NCBI GenBank assembly: GCA_042577045.1
Contig: JBHPEK010000002.1
Coordinates: 389 to 64,388 of the forward strand
Direction of reading: 5' to 3'
DNA: 64,000 bases
DNA from: Patescibacteria group bacterium
Lineage (GTDB): Bacteria > Patescibacteriota > Minisyncoccia > JAHISW01 > Tagabacteraceae
The notes beneath the pieces are model-generated. The model saw only the letters and a program-made list of their open reading frames with translations, did not search any database and was not told the DNA's origin. Numbering within the stretch: the stretch's first letter is position 1; each line of letters begins with the position of its first letter. This document shows positions 26,059 through 36,593 of the stretch, piece after piece. Made by a program: the position numbers and the translations under genes.

Positions 26059-27582
26059 ATGTCAGAAGAAAAGATAAAAAGTCTAGAAGAATTAAGACCC
26101 ATAATTGACGACCTTAAAAAAAGAGGAAAGAAGATTGTTTTGAGTCATGGAGCTTTTGACTCAATTCAACATGGTCATCGTCATTATCTGAGAGAATCCA
26201 AGAAATTAGGAGATATTCTTGTTGTTTCTGTGGTGGCTGATAAATTTGTCCGGAAAGGGCTAACTAATCCTATCTTTAATCAAGATGTTCGTATGGAAAC
26301 CATTGTATCTTTTGAGTTTGTTGACTTTGTTGTGCTTTGTGAAGAGTTGGGTGCTTGGGACATTATCCAAGGTATTGAACCAGATATTTATGCCAAAGGT
26401 ACAGATTCCAAAAGACAGCTAGACAATCCTGCTAGCGGTCTAAGCAAAGAACGCAATGCAGTAGAAAGACATGGGGGTGAGATTTGCTTTACGCAGTCTT
26501 TTCCTATTCATAGTGTGAATATTTTAAATAGGTACTCGAACAATATACCTGAAGATATTTTAGTTTTTCTCGGGGAATTTGGTGAAAAATACAACATGGC
26601 TGATATAACAGAATTTTTAGATAGATTGTGTGGCTTAAAAGTTTTAGTTATTGGAGAGACGGTTGTAGACGAGTATCGTTTCATGTCTCCTTTGGGAAAA
26701 CCATCAAAAGCAACTGTATTGTGTGCGCAATATAAGAACAAGGAGATATTTGCCGGCGGTGCAATAGTATTAGCTAATCATATAGCCAGCATTTGTTCTA
26801 ATGTTGATTTGATTAGTTCTTTAGGAAGAAAGGATTCTCAAGAGAGTTTTATAAGGAGTTCCTTAAAATATAATGTTACTCCATACTTTCTTTTTCAAGA
26901 TGATATACCAACCACTGTTAAGCGCCGATTTATCGATCAAACCAGTGGCTCTAAGTTGTTTGAAGAGTATATATATGAAAAAAAGGCTCTTTTGGTGAGT
27001 GATGAAAAGAAACTAGCCCAACACCTTAAGAAGTCTTTGCCAAAGTATGACTTGGTAATTGTTCTAGACTATGGACAAGGTTTTTTTTCTGAGAATGTTA
27101 TAGATGTTTTGTCTAAAGAATCCAAATTTTTAGCCGTTAATGCTCAGACAAACAGTGGGAATACTGGATTTAATTATGTAACTAAATATCCAGAAACTGA
27201 TTTTGTTTGTATTGATGAAATGGAAGCTAGGCTTGCTGTGCAAGACGATGAAATGGGTTTAAAAAAAGTAATTGGATCTATTTGTGAAAAAACCGGAGCA
27301 GATAAAATTATTGTTACCTTGGGGGGTGCTGGGTGTTTGTCCTATGAAAGAAATGGCAAATTTGTAAAAACTCCTTCTTTTGCTTTCAGCGTATTAGACC
27401 CAGTTGGCGCTGGCGATACTTTTTTAGCGTTTTCGTCTCCGTGTGTGGCAAGTAACTTTCCAATGGAAGTAGTTTCTTTTATTGGTTCTGTTGCTAGTGC
27501 CGTAGCCGTCGGTATTTTGGGGAATAAGTCTTCTGTAAGTAAAGAAGAGTTCCTAAAAGTTGCTGGCAGTCTTTTAGAATAA
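26059..27582 (+). CDS. Bifunctional nucleotidyltransferase (N-terminal) plus PfkB sugar kinase (C-terminal). Paralog of 22475..24001.
   Basis: LSHGAFDSIQHGHRHYL...ILVVSVVAD, VLVIGETVVDEY and DPVGAGDTF. Confidence 0.65.
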   Translation: MSEEKIKSLEELRPIIDDLKKRGKKIVLSHGAFDSIQHGHRHYLRESKKLGDILVVSVVADKFVRKGLTNPIFNQDVRMETIVSFEFVDFVVLCEELGAWDIIQGIEPDIYAKGTDSKRQLDNPASGLSKERNAVERHGGEICFTQSFPIHSVNILNRYSNNIPEDILVFLGEFGEKYNMADITEFLDRLCGLKVLVIGETVVDEYRFMSPLGKPSKATVLCAQYKNKEIFAGGAIVLANHIASICSNVDLISSLGRKDSQESFIRSSLKYNVTPYFLFQDDIPTTVKRRFIDQTSGSKLFEEYIYEKKALLVSDEKKLAQHLKKSLPKYDLVIVLDYGQGFFSENVIDVLSKESKFLAVNAQTNSGNTGFNYVTKYPETDFVCIDEMEARLAVQDDEMGLKKVIGSICEKTGADKIIVTLGGAGCLSYERNGKFVKTPSFAFSVLDPVGAGDTFLAFSSPCVASNFPMEVVSFIGSVASAVAVGILGNKSSVSKEEFLKVAGSLLE

Positions 27583-27612
27583 AAAGTCAAATCATATAGA
27601 TTTGACTTTTTT
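27583..27612 (+). terminator. Intrinsic terminator.
   Basis: AAAGTCAAATC-atata-GATTTGACTTT plus a T-run. Confidence 0.6.
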
Positions 27613-27706
27613 AGTTTTGTGTTATATTTTCTTATTAACTGACGATTAGAGAACATTGAAAACCAACCCTGCTTCGCCAAGGCTTTGCAGGGCAAGGGAG
27701 GACTTT

Positions 27707-29356
27707 ATGAAAATTGCCTTTGTGATTTACAATGTGCTAAGCACAGAACGCATGGGAATTATGTTGATGTCTTCTTTGGTCAAACAGAAATTTCCGCACG
27801 CCGAAGTTGAACTTTTTGTTTATACAGATGGAAGACTAAAAGAACAAATATTATCGTTCAAGCCAGATATCGTGGCATATAGTGCTTCGACAGGAGAGCA
27901 TGTTCACTATCTGACTATTGCTAGAGAAGTAAAAAACCTAGGCAAAGTTTTGGGGAAAAAGATCTTTCAAGTTATGGGTGGTCCTCATTGCACATTTGCT
28001 CCAGAGACCTTATTGGGCAGTAGTTTAGATGCTGTTGGGGTTGGAGAGTGTGACGATGCCTGGGTAGAACTCCTCGAAAGTCTAGAAATAGGGGGAAATA
28101 TAAGTAACATACCTGATATAGTAACTCGGGGAAATTTTAACGAGATCGTTTTTCCGGCTAATATACAGAGCGAAGGTTATGTTCGATATCGCGTTACCAA
28201 CATTAGACCCAGAACATGTCGAGATCCAGAAAATCACCAAACTTGTCTTGATCATTTACCATTTTTGGATTGGGACCTGTATCTTTCCAGAACCAATTTC
28301 GAACAAAGCAACAGTCTTCTGAAAAGAACTATAATGACAAGACGCGGGTGTCCGTTTCAGTGTACTTATTGTTTCAACAGAGTTTTTAATGCTATTCACC
28401 CAGGAGAAAGACCGGTTCACAACTATAGCATAGAGCGGGTGATTCAGGAATGTGAATGGGTTACTGCCAATTATCCTACCGAGTTTTGGAAGTTTTATGA
28501 TGACATAGCATTCTTCTCGTCTAGCGGACAAGAGGGGGAGAGATTAAGAGAATTTTCTGAAAAATGGAAACGGCGCATCAACCTTCCTTTCTTTGTTTTA
28601 ACTAGGGCTGATTTGGTTGCTAAAGATCCAGATATTTTGAGAATTTTGAAAGATGCCGGTTGCCAGTCTTGTACTATGTCTATTGAGGGTGGAAATGAAT
28701 ATGTAAGAAACAATATTCTAGAAAGATCCATGTCGGATGAAGATGTTGTTTTTGCGCATCGTTTGGCTTGGGATTTAGGAATAAAAACTTTTAGTAATGT
28801 TATCTTTTCGGTCCCTGTCAAAAGTACTGAAATAGAGAAACATAATCTTCCACGAAAATCGATCAATCGTGACATAGAATCTGTTAAACTTTGTTTAGAC
28901 TCGCGGGTTCATTTTGTAGAATGCCCTATGTTGTTTCCCTATCCAGGCACCAAACTAGGAGAATATTGCAAAGAAGAGGGTTTTTTTGATGGTGATGCAG
29001 AAAAATTAGACCAAAGCTATCAAACTCTATCGCCATTTGATGTTTTAAGCGAAAAGGAAAAGAGATGGTCGCAAAACTTAGCCTTTTTATCTATGTGGTG
29101 TGTTTTTCTTGGAAGTCGTCAAAACAAGCTGGTTCGTAATTTTATTTCCCCATTGTTTTTTAGATTTACTACTAGCTTCCTTATCAAAATACCAAGTGTT
29201 TGGTTTTCAAAATTGTATTTTATTTTGTATGCAGTTCTTCAGCAGTATTTATGTGGTGCTGAGATTTACAGACCAAAATACAGAACCCCATTAAAAACAA
29301 TGACCAATGGATTTTGGGGAAGGCTTAGATATGAATTTAAAAAACAATTTCCATAG
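27707..29356 (+). CDS. Cobalamin(B12)-binding radical SAM protein.
   Basis: MKIAFVIYN start after AGGGAGG. KPDIVAYSASTG...MGGPHCT (B12 domain). RRGCPFQCTYC motif. Confidence 0.75.
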   Translation: MKIAFVIYNVLSTERMGIMLMSSLVKQKFPHAEVELFVYTDGRLKEQILSFKPDIVAYSASTGEHVHYLTIAREVKNLGKVLGKKIFQVMGGPHCTFAPETLLGSSLDAVGVGECDDAWVELLESLEIGGNISNIPDIVTRGNFNEIVFPANIQSEGYVRYRVTNIRPRTCRDPENHQTCLDHLPFLDWDLYLSRTNFEQSNSLLKRTIMTRRGCPFQCTYCFNRVFNAIHPGERPVHNYSIERVIQECEWVTANYPTEFWKFYDDIAFFSSSGQEGERLREFSEKWKRRINLPFFVLTRADLVAKDPDILRILKDAGCQSCTMSIEGGNEYVRNNILERSMSDEDVVFAHRLAWDLGIKTFSNVIFSVPVKSTEIEKHNLPRKSINRDIESVKLCLDSRVHFVECPMLFPYPGTKLGEYCKEEGFFDGDAEKLDQSYQTLSPFDVLSEKEKRWSQNLAFLSMWCVFLGSRQNKLVRNFISPLFFRFTTSFLIKIPSVWFSKLYFILYAVLQQYLCGAEIYRPKYRTPLKTMTNGFWGRLRYEFKKQFP

Positions 29357-29440
29357 AAACAGTAAAGAAATAAAAATCCGTCTTTTAGTGGGCGGATTTT
29401 TTTGACTTGAATTACTAGTTTGTTAAGTTATGATATTAAG

Positions 29441-30187
29441 ATGACAAAATTTGATAATTCTATTTCCATAATTATGCCTGCCTATAACGAGGCCAAAGGT
29501 ATTTATGGTGCATATGAAAGTACTAAACGATCAATACAAAAAGCTGGAATTGGTGATTATGAAATTTTAATTACGACCAATATATCTCCTAGTGGCACTC
29601 ATGATGGCACTCCAGATGTAGTAGACAAAATAGCCAAAAATGATTCTCACGTAAAACATATTTTTCATAACAAATATGCTGGTCTAGGTTTTAAATATAG
29701 AGACGCTCTGAACAAAGCTCAAAAAAAGTACGCCATGATGGTTCCCGGTGATAATGACACCATAGAAAGTTCCCTAGTTAATATTTTAAAAAATGTGGGA
29801 AAATTTCCAGCTATTGTTGTCTATACCTCTAATTCCAAAGCGAGACCTTTTTACATTAGGGCTGTTTCTAGATCTTTTGTTTTTCTTTGCAATTTGTTGT
29901 TTGGCTTAAGAATGAAATATTATAATGGTATGTGTGTTTTTCCAATTGAACTTCTAAAAATAGTTCCTACGACGGCAAATAATCCAGCTTATATGGCAGA
30001 AACGTTAATCTACTTATTGAAATCTGGTTTAAAATATACAGAGATGCCACAAGAAATTAAGTACACGCCTCTTCCCGGAAAGACTTTTCGTTTGAAGAGT
30101 GTTTGGGATGTGTTGATCACCCTAACTTTGTTGTTTTGGAAGATTAATATAAAAAGGGTTAGACTTGATATTTCTAAGTGGATTTAG
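29441..30187 (+). CDS. GT2-like glycosyltransferase.
   Basis: ISIIMPAYNEAKGI motif. The start could be 29420. Confidence 0.5.
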   Translation: MTKFDNSISIIMPAYNEAKGIYGAYESTKRSIQKAGIGDYEILITTNISPSGTHDGTPDVVDKIAKNDSHVKHIFHNKYAGLGFKYRDALNKAQKKYAMMVPGDNDTIESSLVNILKNVGKFPAIVVYTSNSKARPFYIRAVSRSFVFLCNLLFGLRMKYYNGMCVFPIELLKIVPTTANNPAYMAETLIYLLKSGLKYTEMPQEIKYTPLPGKTFRLKSVWDVLITLTLLFWKINIKRVRLDISKWI

Positions 30188-30250
30188 TTGACACGTGACA
30201 ACATTTAACTTACTTTAATATCAGATGTTTCGTTGAAAAAAGGAGTCCTT

Positions 30251-31093
30251 ATGCGATACAAAGTAACAAGGAAAGATTGTCAGAGAGTTATAGGAGAATT
30301 GATTAGGATTTTCAAAGAAGTAGAGTTGTCAAATGAAATAGATTTTTTGGTTTATGGAACCTATTTTGGCAAATGGCGAAACGGGTTAAGCGATCTTGAT
30401 GGTGTTTTAAGTTTTTCAAAATCTTTTATCGATCCACAACTACGATTCAAAATATTAGCTTTTCAGATGAAGATGAGAGAGCTATATGAGAATATAGAAT
30501 TTTTAAAAACTGGTCATTTTTTTGCTGATGTTTTTGTTTTGGATAAAGAATTGGTTGAAGACGGCCGTTTTATGATATACGACAAGGGGTTTATCGACAG
30601 AATTGTAAATGGCCAAACCAAGCAAGCTGTATTATTTGGAGAAGACTTTGTAAGAAAATTAAATCCTGTATCTTTAAGGCATCAGGACGAATTTGAGCTG
30701 GCTGCGGGTGTTCAGAAACTAAGGAATTATTTATTGTTTGAAATTCCTAAGCCAGTGAACATTATAGACTTAAATTGTGCCATAGGAGTGACAAAGTTTT
30801 TCAAAATTCTTCCCAGAACAGTTGCTATTATTTTAGGAGAATCCTTGATTAGCACTATTGAAGAAATGACAAAACTTCGAAATTACTTGGAAGAAATAGA
30901 TTATAGTTATCTAGAAAGATTTTTTGAAGCTAGTTTTGATCCTGATTTTATTGTTGAACACATACGATCATGGCATGAGATTGGTAATGAAGCTTTCTTA
31001 GACTATCTTGTCTGTTTTGAGAAAGTGCTACAAGCTGTTATCAAAAACGAATCAATGTTAAGTTTGGGGGGAAACCGTGGAATTAATGAATGA
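30251..31093 (+). CDS. Nucleotidyltransferase-domain protein (Pol-beta-like minimal NTase fold).
   Basis: LVYGTYFGKWRNGLSDLDGV (hG[GS]...DhD). AAGGAG RBS before the ATG at 30251. Confidence 0.4.
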   Translation: MRYKVTRKDCQRVIGELIRIFKEVELSNEIDFLVYGTYFGKWRNGLSDLDGVLSFSKSFIDPQLRFKILAFQMKMRELYENIEFLKTGHFFADVFVLDKELVEDGRFMIYDKGFIDRIVNGQTKQAVLFGEDFVRKLNPVSLRHQDEFELAAGVQKLRNYLLFEIPKPVNIIDLNCAIGVTKFFKILPRTVAIILGESLISTIEEMTKLRNYLEEIDYSYLERFFEASFDPDFIVEHIRSWHEIGNEAFLDYLVCFEKVLQAVIKNESMLSLGGNRGINE

Positions 31094-31757
31094 GAGGAGG
31101 CTTGTCGGTCTTTGGCGACATTTCTTTAAAAAAGAAGCAAGTGTTGTTTTAATGAGACATGCTCCAAAATATGGTTCAGATTCTAGCGGTTTGTCTAAAG
31201 AGGGTCGATTGTTTGCCCAAAAATATGGTTGCGTGTTGGCTAGAGCAAATTATTTGAAAGATATTACATTTGTAGACACAGATAAACAGAGAACAACCGA
31301 TACACTTAATTTGATGTTTAATATCTCGGGTGGCGCTATGCGTTTTAACGATTTAAATTCTCCTCGAATTTCTAGTTTTGTTCAGAGGCAGGTTGAGGAC
31401 TTGCATATGAAAGTGGGTCGTTTTAGAAATTATTTTTTGAACCACACATATTATTTTCTTGAAAGATTGGGTGGGGAATATGATGCAGAGCATTTACATA
31501 AGGTTGTGGCTTTGCGAATGGCAACTGGTATTATTAAGTTGTTTGAGTTTGAACAAAACCTAGTTGTCTATTGTGGGCACTCTCCTTCTATTGAAGTTGG
31601 GTGTGAAAAGTTACTAGGAAAGAATTTATCTGAGATTGGTGGCTTTTTAAATCCCCTGGACTCTATACATCTTAAAAAGACCAATAACCAAATTGAGTTT
31701 GTTGGTAGGATTAATCCTATTTTGGGATATGTAGATCTTGAAAGTGAAAATTATTAA
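31077..31757 (+). CDS. Histidine phosphatase (phosphoglycerate-mutase-like) family protein.
   Basis: VVLMRHAPK is an RHG-like motif. About 226 aa. GTG or ATG start is uncertain. Confidence 0.35.
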   Translation: MELMNERRLVGLWRHFFKKEASVVLMRHAPKYGSDSSGLSKEGRLFAQKYGCVLARANYLKDITFVDTDKQRTTDTLNLMFNISGGAMRFNDLNSPRISSFVQRQVEDLHMKVGRFRNYFLNHTYYFLERLGGEYDAEHLHKVVALRMATGIIKLFEFEQNLVVYCGHSPSIEVGCEKLLGKNLSEIGGFLNPLDSIHLKKTNNQIEFVGRINPILGYVDLESENY

Positions 31758-31814
31758 AGGGAGACCAAGGGCCTCCCTTTTTTGTTTTATGTTTATATAA
31801 TAAGATTAAATTAA

Positions 31815-33665
31815 ATGTGCGCAATAAATGGCTTTGATTTTGCCGACCAAAAATTGATTTTAAAAATGAACGCTATCACTAAGCATCGAGGCCCAGATGA
31901 TAGCGGTTTTTATGTTGGAAATAACATTTCTCTTGGGCACAATAGACTCTCTATTATTGATCTTTCCAAGCAAGGGCGTCAGCCGTTGTGGAACAAAGAC
32001 GAAACAAAGTGCATAGTTTTCAATGGAGAGATTTATAATTTTAGGGAATTAAAAAAAGAACTTGAAAGTACGGGGTATGTATTTTATTCAAAAACAGACA
32101 CAGAAGTTGTTCTTAGTTTGTTTGAAGAATTTGGAGAAAAATGTTTAGAAAAATTAAATGGAATTTTTGCTTTTGCAATTTTGGACACCCAAAGTGGCGA
32201 ATTATTTTTGGCGCGTGATCGGCTTGGCATAAAACCACTTTATTATTATCATAAAGCAGGAAAATTTATTTTTTCGTCTGAAATAAAAGCAATATTTGAA
32301 CATAATGTTAAAAGAGAAGTGAACTTGGAGTCTTTTAATCATTTTTTTCGTTTGCGTTACGTTCCGGCCCCTCTTACGATGTTTAATAATATTTTTAAGT
32401 TACCCGCTGGTCATTTTGCGAAATTTTCTAATGGGAATTTGGAAATTAGAAAATACTGGGATATTGAAGATTTTGAGAACTTAGACTGTTCAAGGCAAGA
32501 AATTGTTCAGAAAATTAATTTTTTGATGAAAGATTCTGTAAAACGACAGCTCATTTCAGATAGGCCAGTCGGGGTGTTTTTAAGTGGCGGAATAGATTCT
32601 ACTTCAGTTTTGGGGATTGCGGATGAAGTTTTGGGTGGAGAAGTCAAAACATATTCTATTGGGTTTGATATATCGGTTGAGTCAGAAAAATTTAATGCTG
32701 ATTTTAAAATTGCCAGAAGAACAGGTAAATATTATAAAACAGATCATCACGAGTTCTTGTTTTCTGAAAAAAATTTTTTAGAGAACATAGACGATGCAGT
32801 TTTTTTCAATGATGAACCACTTGCTGATCCAATTAGAGTGGTAAACCTTTTTCTTGCCAAGGAAGCCAAGAAAGATGTCGCGGTTGTTTTGGGTGGTGAT
32901 GGTGGAGACGAACTTTTCGGTGGTTATCGCAGGTACTATTTAAGTACCCTAATTGATACCTTTCAGGGTTTTCCTTCTTTGGCTCAAAAACCATTATTAT
33001 TTTTAATCAAAAATTTTTCTAAAAACAAAACTGCGATAGAGAAGCTAAAATTACCGTTGGGACACAAGCGGTATTTGGCCTTTATGATCCAGAAAAACGA
33101 TGTTTTAGAGAGGGTTCTTAAAAAAGACTTTTTCCAGGAGAATTTGGTTGATTCTTTTTTTGAAAAAAATTATCAAAATTGTTTATTAACCAAAGACTCG
33201 GCCAAGCAAATGATGTATTATGATGTAAAAAATTGGCTTTTGGAGGAGTCATTAATGAGAACTGATAGAATGACTATGGGGCATGGTTTAGAGGGTAGAG
33301 TTCCTATTCTAGATCATCGTCTCGTAGAATTGGCTTTTAAAATCCCAACCTCCTTAAAAATAAAAAACAGACATGGCGGTAAGGATATCTTTAAAGAGGC
33401 GATGGAAGATTATTTACCTAAGTATGTTTTGAATCAGCCGAAAAGAGGATGGTTTTCTCCATCAGCAAAATGGCTAAGGTTTGGATTAAAAGATTTTGCT
33501 TATGAGATTTTATCCGAGAACTATAATTCAGAAACTGTTAAATATTTTAATTTTGATTCAATTAAAAAAATACTAGACGATCATATTTCCAAAAAAGAAT
33601 ATAATGCAACAATTATTTGGATGTTAATTTCTTTCCAGCTTTGGCATAAAAAATTTATAAAATAA
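31815..33665 (+). CDS. asnB: Asparagine synthase (glutamine-hydrolysing)-like amidotransferase.
   Basis: MCAING (Ntn Cys2), GIFAFAILD, LARDRLGIKPLYY and VFLSGGIDS (PP-loop). Confidence 0.85.
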   Translation: MCAINGFDFADQKLILKMNAITKHRGPDDSGFYVGNNISLGHNRLSIIDLSKQGRQPLWNKDETKCIVFNGEIYNFRELKKELESTGYVFYSKTDTEVVLSLFEEFGEKCLEKLNGIFAFAILDTQSGELFLARDRLGIKPLYYYHKAGKFIFSSEIKAIFEHNVKREVNLESFNHFFRLRYVPAPLTMFNNIFKLPAGHFAKFSNGNLEIRKYWDIEDFENLDCSRQEIVQKINFLMKDSVKRQLISDRPVGVFLSGGIDSTSVLGIADEVLGGEVKTYSIGFDISVESEKFNADFKIARRTGKYYKTDHHEFLFSEKNFLENIDDAVFFNDEPLADPIRVVNLFLAKEAKKDVAVVLGGDGGDELFGGYRRYYLSTLIDTFQGFPSLAQKPLLFLIKNFSKNKTAIEKLKLPLGHKRYLAFMIQKNDVLERVLKKDFFQENLVDSFFEKNYQNCLLTKDSAKQMMYYDVKNWLLEESLMRTDRMTMGHGLEGRVPILDHRLVELAFKIPTSLKIKNRHGGKDIFKEAMEDYLPKYVLNQPKRGWFSPSAKWLRFGLKDFAYEILSENYNSETVKYFNFDSIKKILDDHISKKEYNATIIWMLISFQLWHKKFIK

Positions 33666-33667
33666 TT

Positions 33668-34723
33668 ATGAAGATTTGTTTTTTAGTTCCAAATTTAGAC
33701 AAAAAGGCCGGTTGGGGTAGATTTTCAATGGAAATAGTCAACAGGGTTTCCGAAAGGGGTTTTGATGTTGAAATTGTTAAGATCGGTAAAAAACTGGGAA
33801 GAGGAGTGATATTTTCTATTTTTAAAAATGCTCTTTTGGTAAGAAAAAAAATAAAAAATTGTGACATTGTACATTGTTTTGACGGGTTTCCTTACGGAAT
33901 TATCGGCGCATTGTCCAATGTTGGTATAAACAAGAAATTGGTAATTAATGGTGTTGGTACTTGGTCGGTTTTGCCCTTGTATCAAAAGAGGTATCAATGG
34001 TTACTTGTTTGGGCGTATAAAAGAGCGGATAGGGTTTTGTGTATTAGTAGATTCGTCAGGGACGAAATAAAGAAAAAGGTCAATTTGGGAAATTTGGAGG
34101 TTGTGAATTTGGGTGTTGATTTAAATAAATTTAACTGTATAAACAGTTTGCAAAAAAAGAAGGAAAAAATAATTTTAAGTGTAGGAGCTTTGGTTTCTAG
34201 AAAGGGTTATCACGTTTCAATTCCTGCAATTGCAGAGGTTAAGAAGATATATCCACATATAAAGTATTGTGTAGTGGGAAATCAGTCAAATTTGGAATAT
34301 TTTTCTGAATTGAAAAAGCTTGTAAAAAAATATGATTTAGTAGAAAATATTGAATTTTTAAATAACTTATCGGATGAAGAGTTGCGTGATTTGTACACCA
34401 TTAGCGATTTGTTTATACTAACCTCAATAAATGACGGGCATGCTTTTGAGGGATTCGGTTTGGTTTATTTAGAAGCTAATGCGTGCGGAAAACCTGTAAT
34501 TGGTACTTATGGTTGTGGCGCGGAAGATGCAATAAAAGATGGTTATAATGGTTTTTTGGTTCCTCAAAATAATGTGGTGGCAACCGCAGAAGCAATAATA
34601 AAGTTTTTTGGTGGTCAAAGTTTACAGAAAGAGATGCACAAAAACGCTCTAAAATGGGCAAAGAATCATGGTTGGGATAAAACCGTAGACGGATATTTAA
34701 GTGTTTATAAAAGCCTTACTTAG
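33668..34723 (+). CDS. GT4 family glycosyltransferase (GT-B).
   Basis: EGFGLVYLEANACGKPVIGT (E-x7-E). Confidence 0.8.
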   Translation: MKICFLVPNLDKKAGWGRFSMEIVNRVSERGFDVEIVKIGKKLGRGVIFSIFKNALLVRKKIKNCDIVHCFDGFPYGIIGALSNVGINKKLVINGVGTWSVLPLYQKRYQWLLVWAYKRADRVLCISRFVRDEIKKKVNLGNLEVVNLGVDLNKFNCINSLQKKKEKIILSVGALVSRKGYHVSIPAIAEVKKIYPHIKYCVVGNQSNLEYFSELKKLVKKYDLVENIEFLNNLSDEELRDLYTISDLFILTSINDGHAFEGFGLVYLEANACGKPVIGTYGCGAEDAIKDGYNGFLVPQNNVVATAEAIIKFFGGQSLQKEMHKNALKWAKNHGWDKTVDGYLSVYKSLT

Positions 34724-35966
34724 CAAATGATTTTTTGAAGAGATAAATACTGAAAATAGATGATATTGTCTTTGAGATTAATTGTGCATAAATAAGACCC
34801 CACACTCCGTAAAGTGGAATCAGTGAAAATAAGAGTATTATTTCGGCAATGGCCGTAAGAGTATTCCACTGATAGAGCTCTTTTTGCATTTTTTTAGCTT
34901 GAAATATCAAAGGCAAAAAACTCAGAGGAAAAAACAAAACTAGAAGGAAAAGCATTCTAGAGTACTTCACTGCTTCCATGTAGGTTGGAAAAAATATTCT
35001 ATAAAGATAAGGAGATATTAGTATATATAAAGCCACACCTACAGACACAAAGACTGTTACTAAGAGAAGTTTTCTTATCCAGACTTTAATTTGAATGTCT
35101 TTATTTTTTTCTGCTAGTTTAGGGTAAGCAATGCTTCTCAAGTTAGCTAAAAAAGCAGTGGCTTGTTTTTGAGGAATGTCGGCAAAAGCATAGATGGCTA
35201 ATTGAATCGCTCCTACATAATGGAAAATCAAAATTTTATTCAGGTGCTTGGCAATTGTGGTGATTACCCCCATAAGAGATAAGTGTTTGCCGTATTTAAC
35301 CATGGTTGCGTCTACTTTCTTTCCTTTTACTTTTTTAATGATAGAGTAATTGAAGAACCACTTAACAAGAATTGCAATTACAGCATAACCAAGAAAAAGA
35401 GGAAGTAGTTGGGGGTAGAAGTAGATTATTATCAAAACAACTGTTGTGTAGGCAAATTGATAAAAAATATTTAACTTTGCTAGGTGTTTAAAGTTTTTTT
35501 TGCCTTCAAAATAAGCCGTATATGTATCAGCTGTTTCCATAAAGGGAATGAGTAAGGCAATAAAGGCAGATCCAATAGCAAGGACATCGTTACCCTTTAA
35601 AATATAATATCCAGACAAAACTAGGGCTACGGCGGAACCAATCAGTGACCAAACAAATTTTTTCTTGATTGCTAAATTAAAACTACCTTCAAAACCACGT
35701 GCAGTAGATCTAGTTAGGGACGCTGAAATTCCTCGCAAAGAAAAAATTCCCAGAAGAGACATAATGGAAAGTAGGTATTGATAATGAGCGTAAATTTCTT
35801 TTGGCACAAAACGAGCAAAAGCCATTGCGGTTAATAACCCCAGGACAAAAACAATTGTGTAATTGACACTAATAAAAAACCCTTGAGTTCCCAAATAAAC
35901 ATTGTCAGTCTTACTGAATTTCTGAGTTTTCATTAGTAAGCTTAAGATCCTCTTCTTTATTTTCAT
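34716..35966 (-). CDS. Oligosaccharide flippase (Wzx/MOP superfamily).
   Basis: About 12 transmembrane helices, 416 aa, located in the glycan locus. Confidence 0.55.
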   Translation of the reverse strand: MKIKKRILSLLMKTQKFSKTDNVYLGTQGFFISVNYTIVFVLGLLTAMAFARFVPKEIYAHYQYLLSIMSLLGIFSLRGISASLTRSTARGFEGSFNLAIKKKFVWSLIGSAVALVLSGYYILKGNDVLAIGSAFIALLIPFMETADTYTAYFEGKKNFKHLAKLNIFYQFAYTTVVLIIIYFYPQLLPLFLGYAVIAILVKWFFNYSIIKKVKGKKVDATMVKYGKHLSLMGVITTIAKHLNKILIFHYVGAIQLAIYAFADIPQKQATAFLANLRSIAYPKLAEKNKDIQIKVWIRKLLLVTVFVSVGVALYILISPYLYRIFFPTYMEAVKYSRMLFLLVLFFPLSFLPLIFQAKKMQKELYQWNTLTAIAEIILLFSLIPLYGVWGLIYAQLISKTISSIFSIYLFKKSFAK

Positions 35967-35987
35967 TAATATATATTATAGTATATT

Positions 35988-36593
35988 ATGGTGTATATTT
36001 ATCAACCACATAGAATATTACTAGAAAGAATCGTTAATGACCTAAAGGGCTACATTGAAGGAGATATTTTGAATGCTGGTTGTGGAAGTTATGATAGATA
36101 TGAATTTGACGGAAATGTAATCAAAATGGATATTATAAAAAAGGAAGGAGTTGTGTATGGAGACATACACGATATACCTTTTGAAGACAAAAAATTTGAC
36201 AACATAGTCTGCACCGAAGTTTTAGAGCATGTAAAAGACCCGCAACTTGCTTTAAAAGAAATATACCGTGTTTTAAAAGATGGTGGCAAGGTGCTCCTAA
36301 CAGTTCCTCAAGGCGTAGAAGTTCATGAAGCCCCACACCACTACTGGAAATTTACAGAATATGGAATAAAAATGTTGGCAGAAAATGTAGGTTTTAGAAT
36401 AATCAAACAACAATCATTTGGTAACTGGTACTCATCAGTTCACCATATAATAATTCGGAAACTAATAAAGAAATTTGATTTATATAACCGACCTATTGTG
36501 GGGAGAATTGTCAGTCGTTTATCGAGATTAATGATGCGTTTTAAAAACAACGATGACCATATTTTAGGGTGGTGTTTTGTACTAAAAAAATGA
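35988..36593 (+). CDS. Class I SAM-dependent methyltransferase.
   Basis: ILNAGCGSYD, NIVCTEVLEHV and DGGKVLLTVP. Confidence 0.6.
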   Translation: MVYIYQPHRILLERIVNDLKGYIEGDILNAGCGSYDRYEFDGNVIKMDIIKKEGVVYGDIHDIPFEDKKFDNIVCTEVLEHVKDPQLALKEIYRVLKDGGKVLLTVPQGVEVHEAPHHYWKFTEYGIKMLAENVGFRIIKQQSFGNWYSSVHHIIIRKLIKKFDLYNRPIVGRIVSRLSRLMMRFKNNDDHILGWCFVLKK

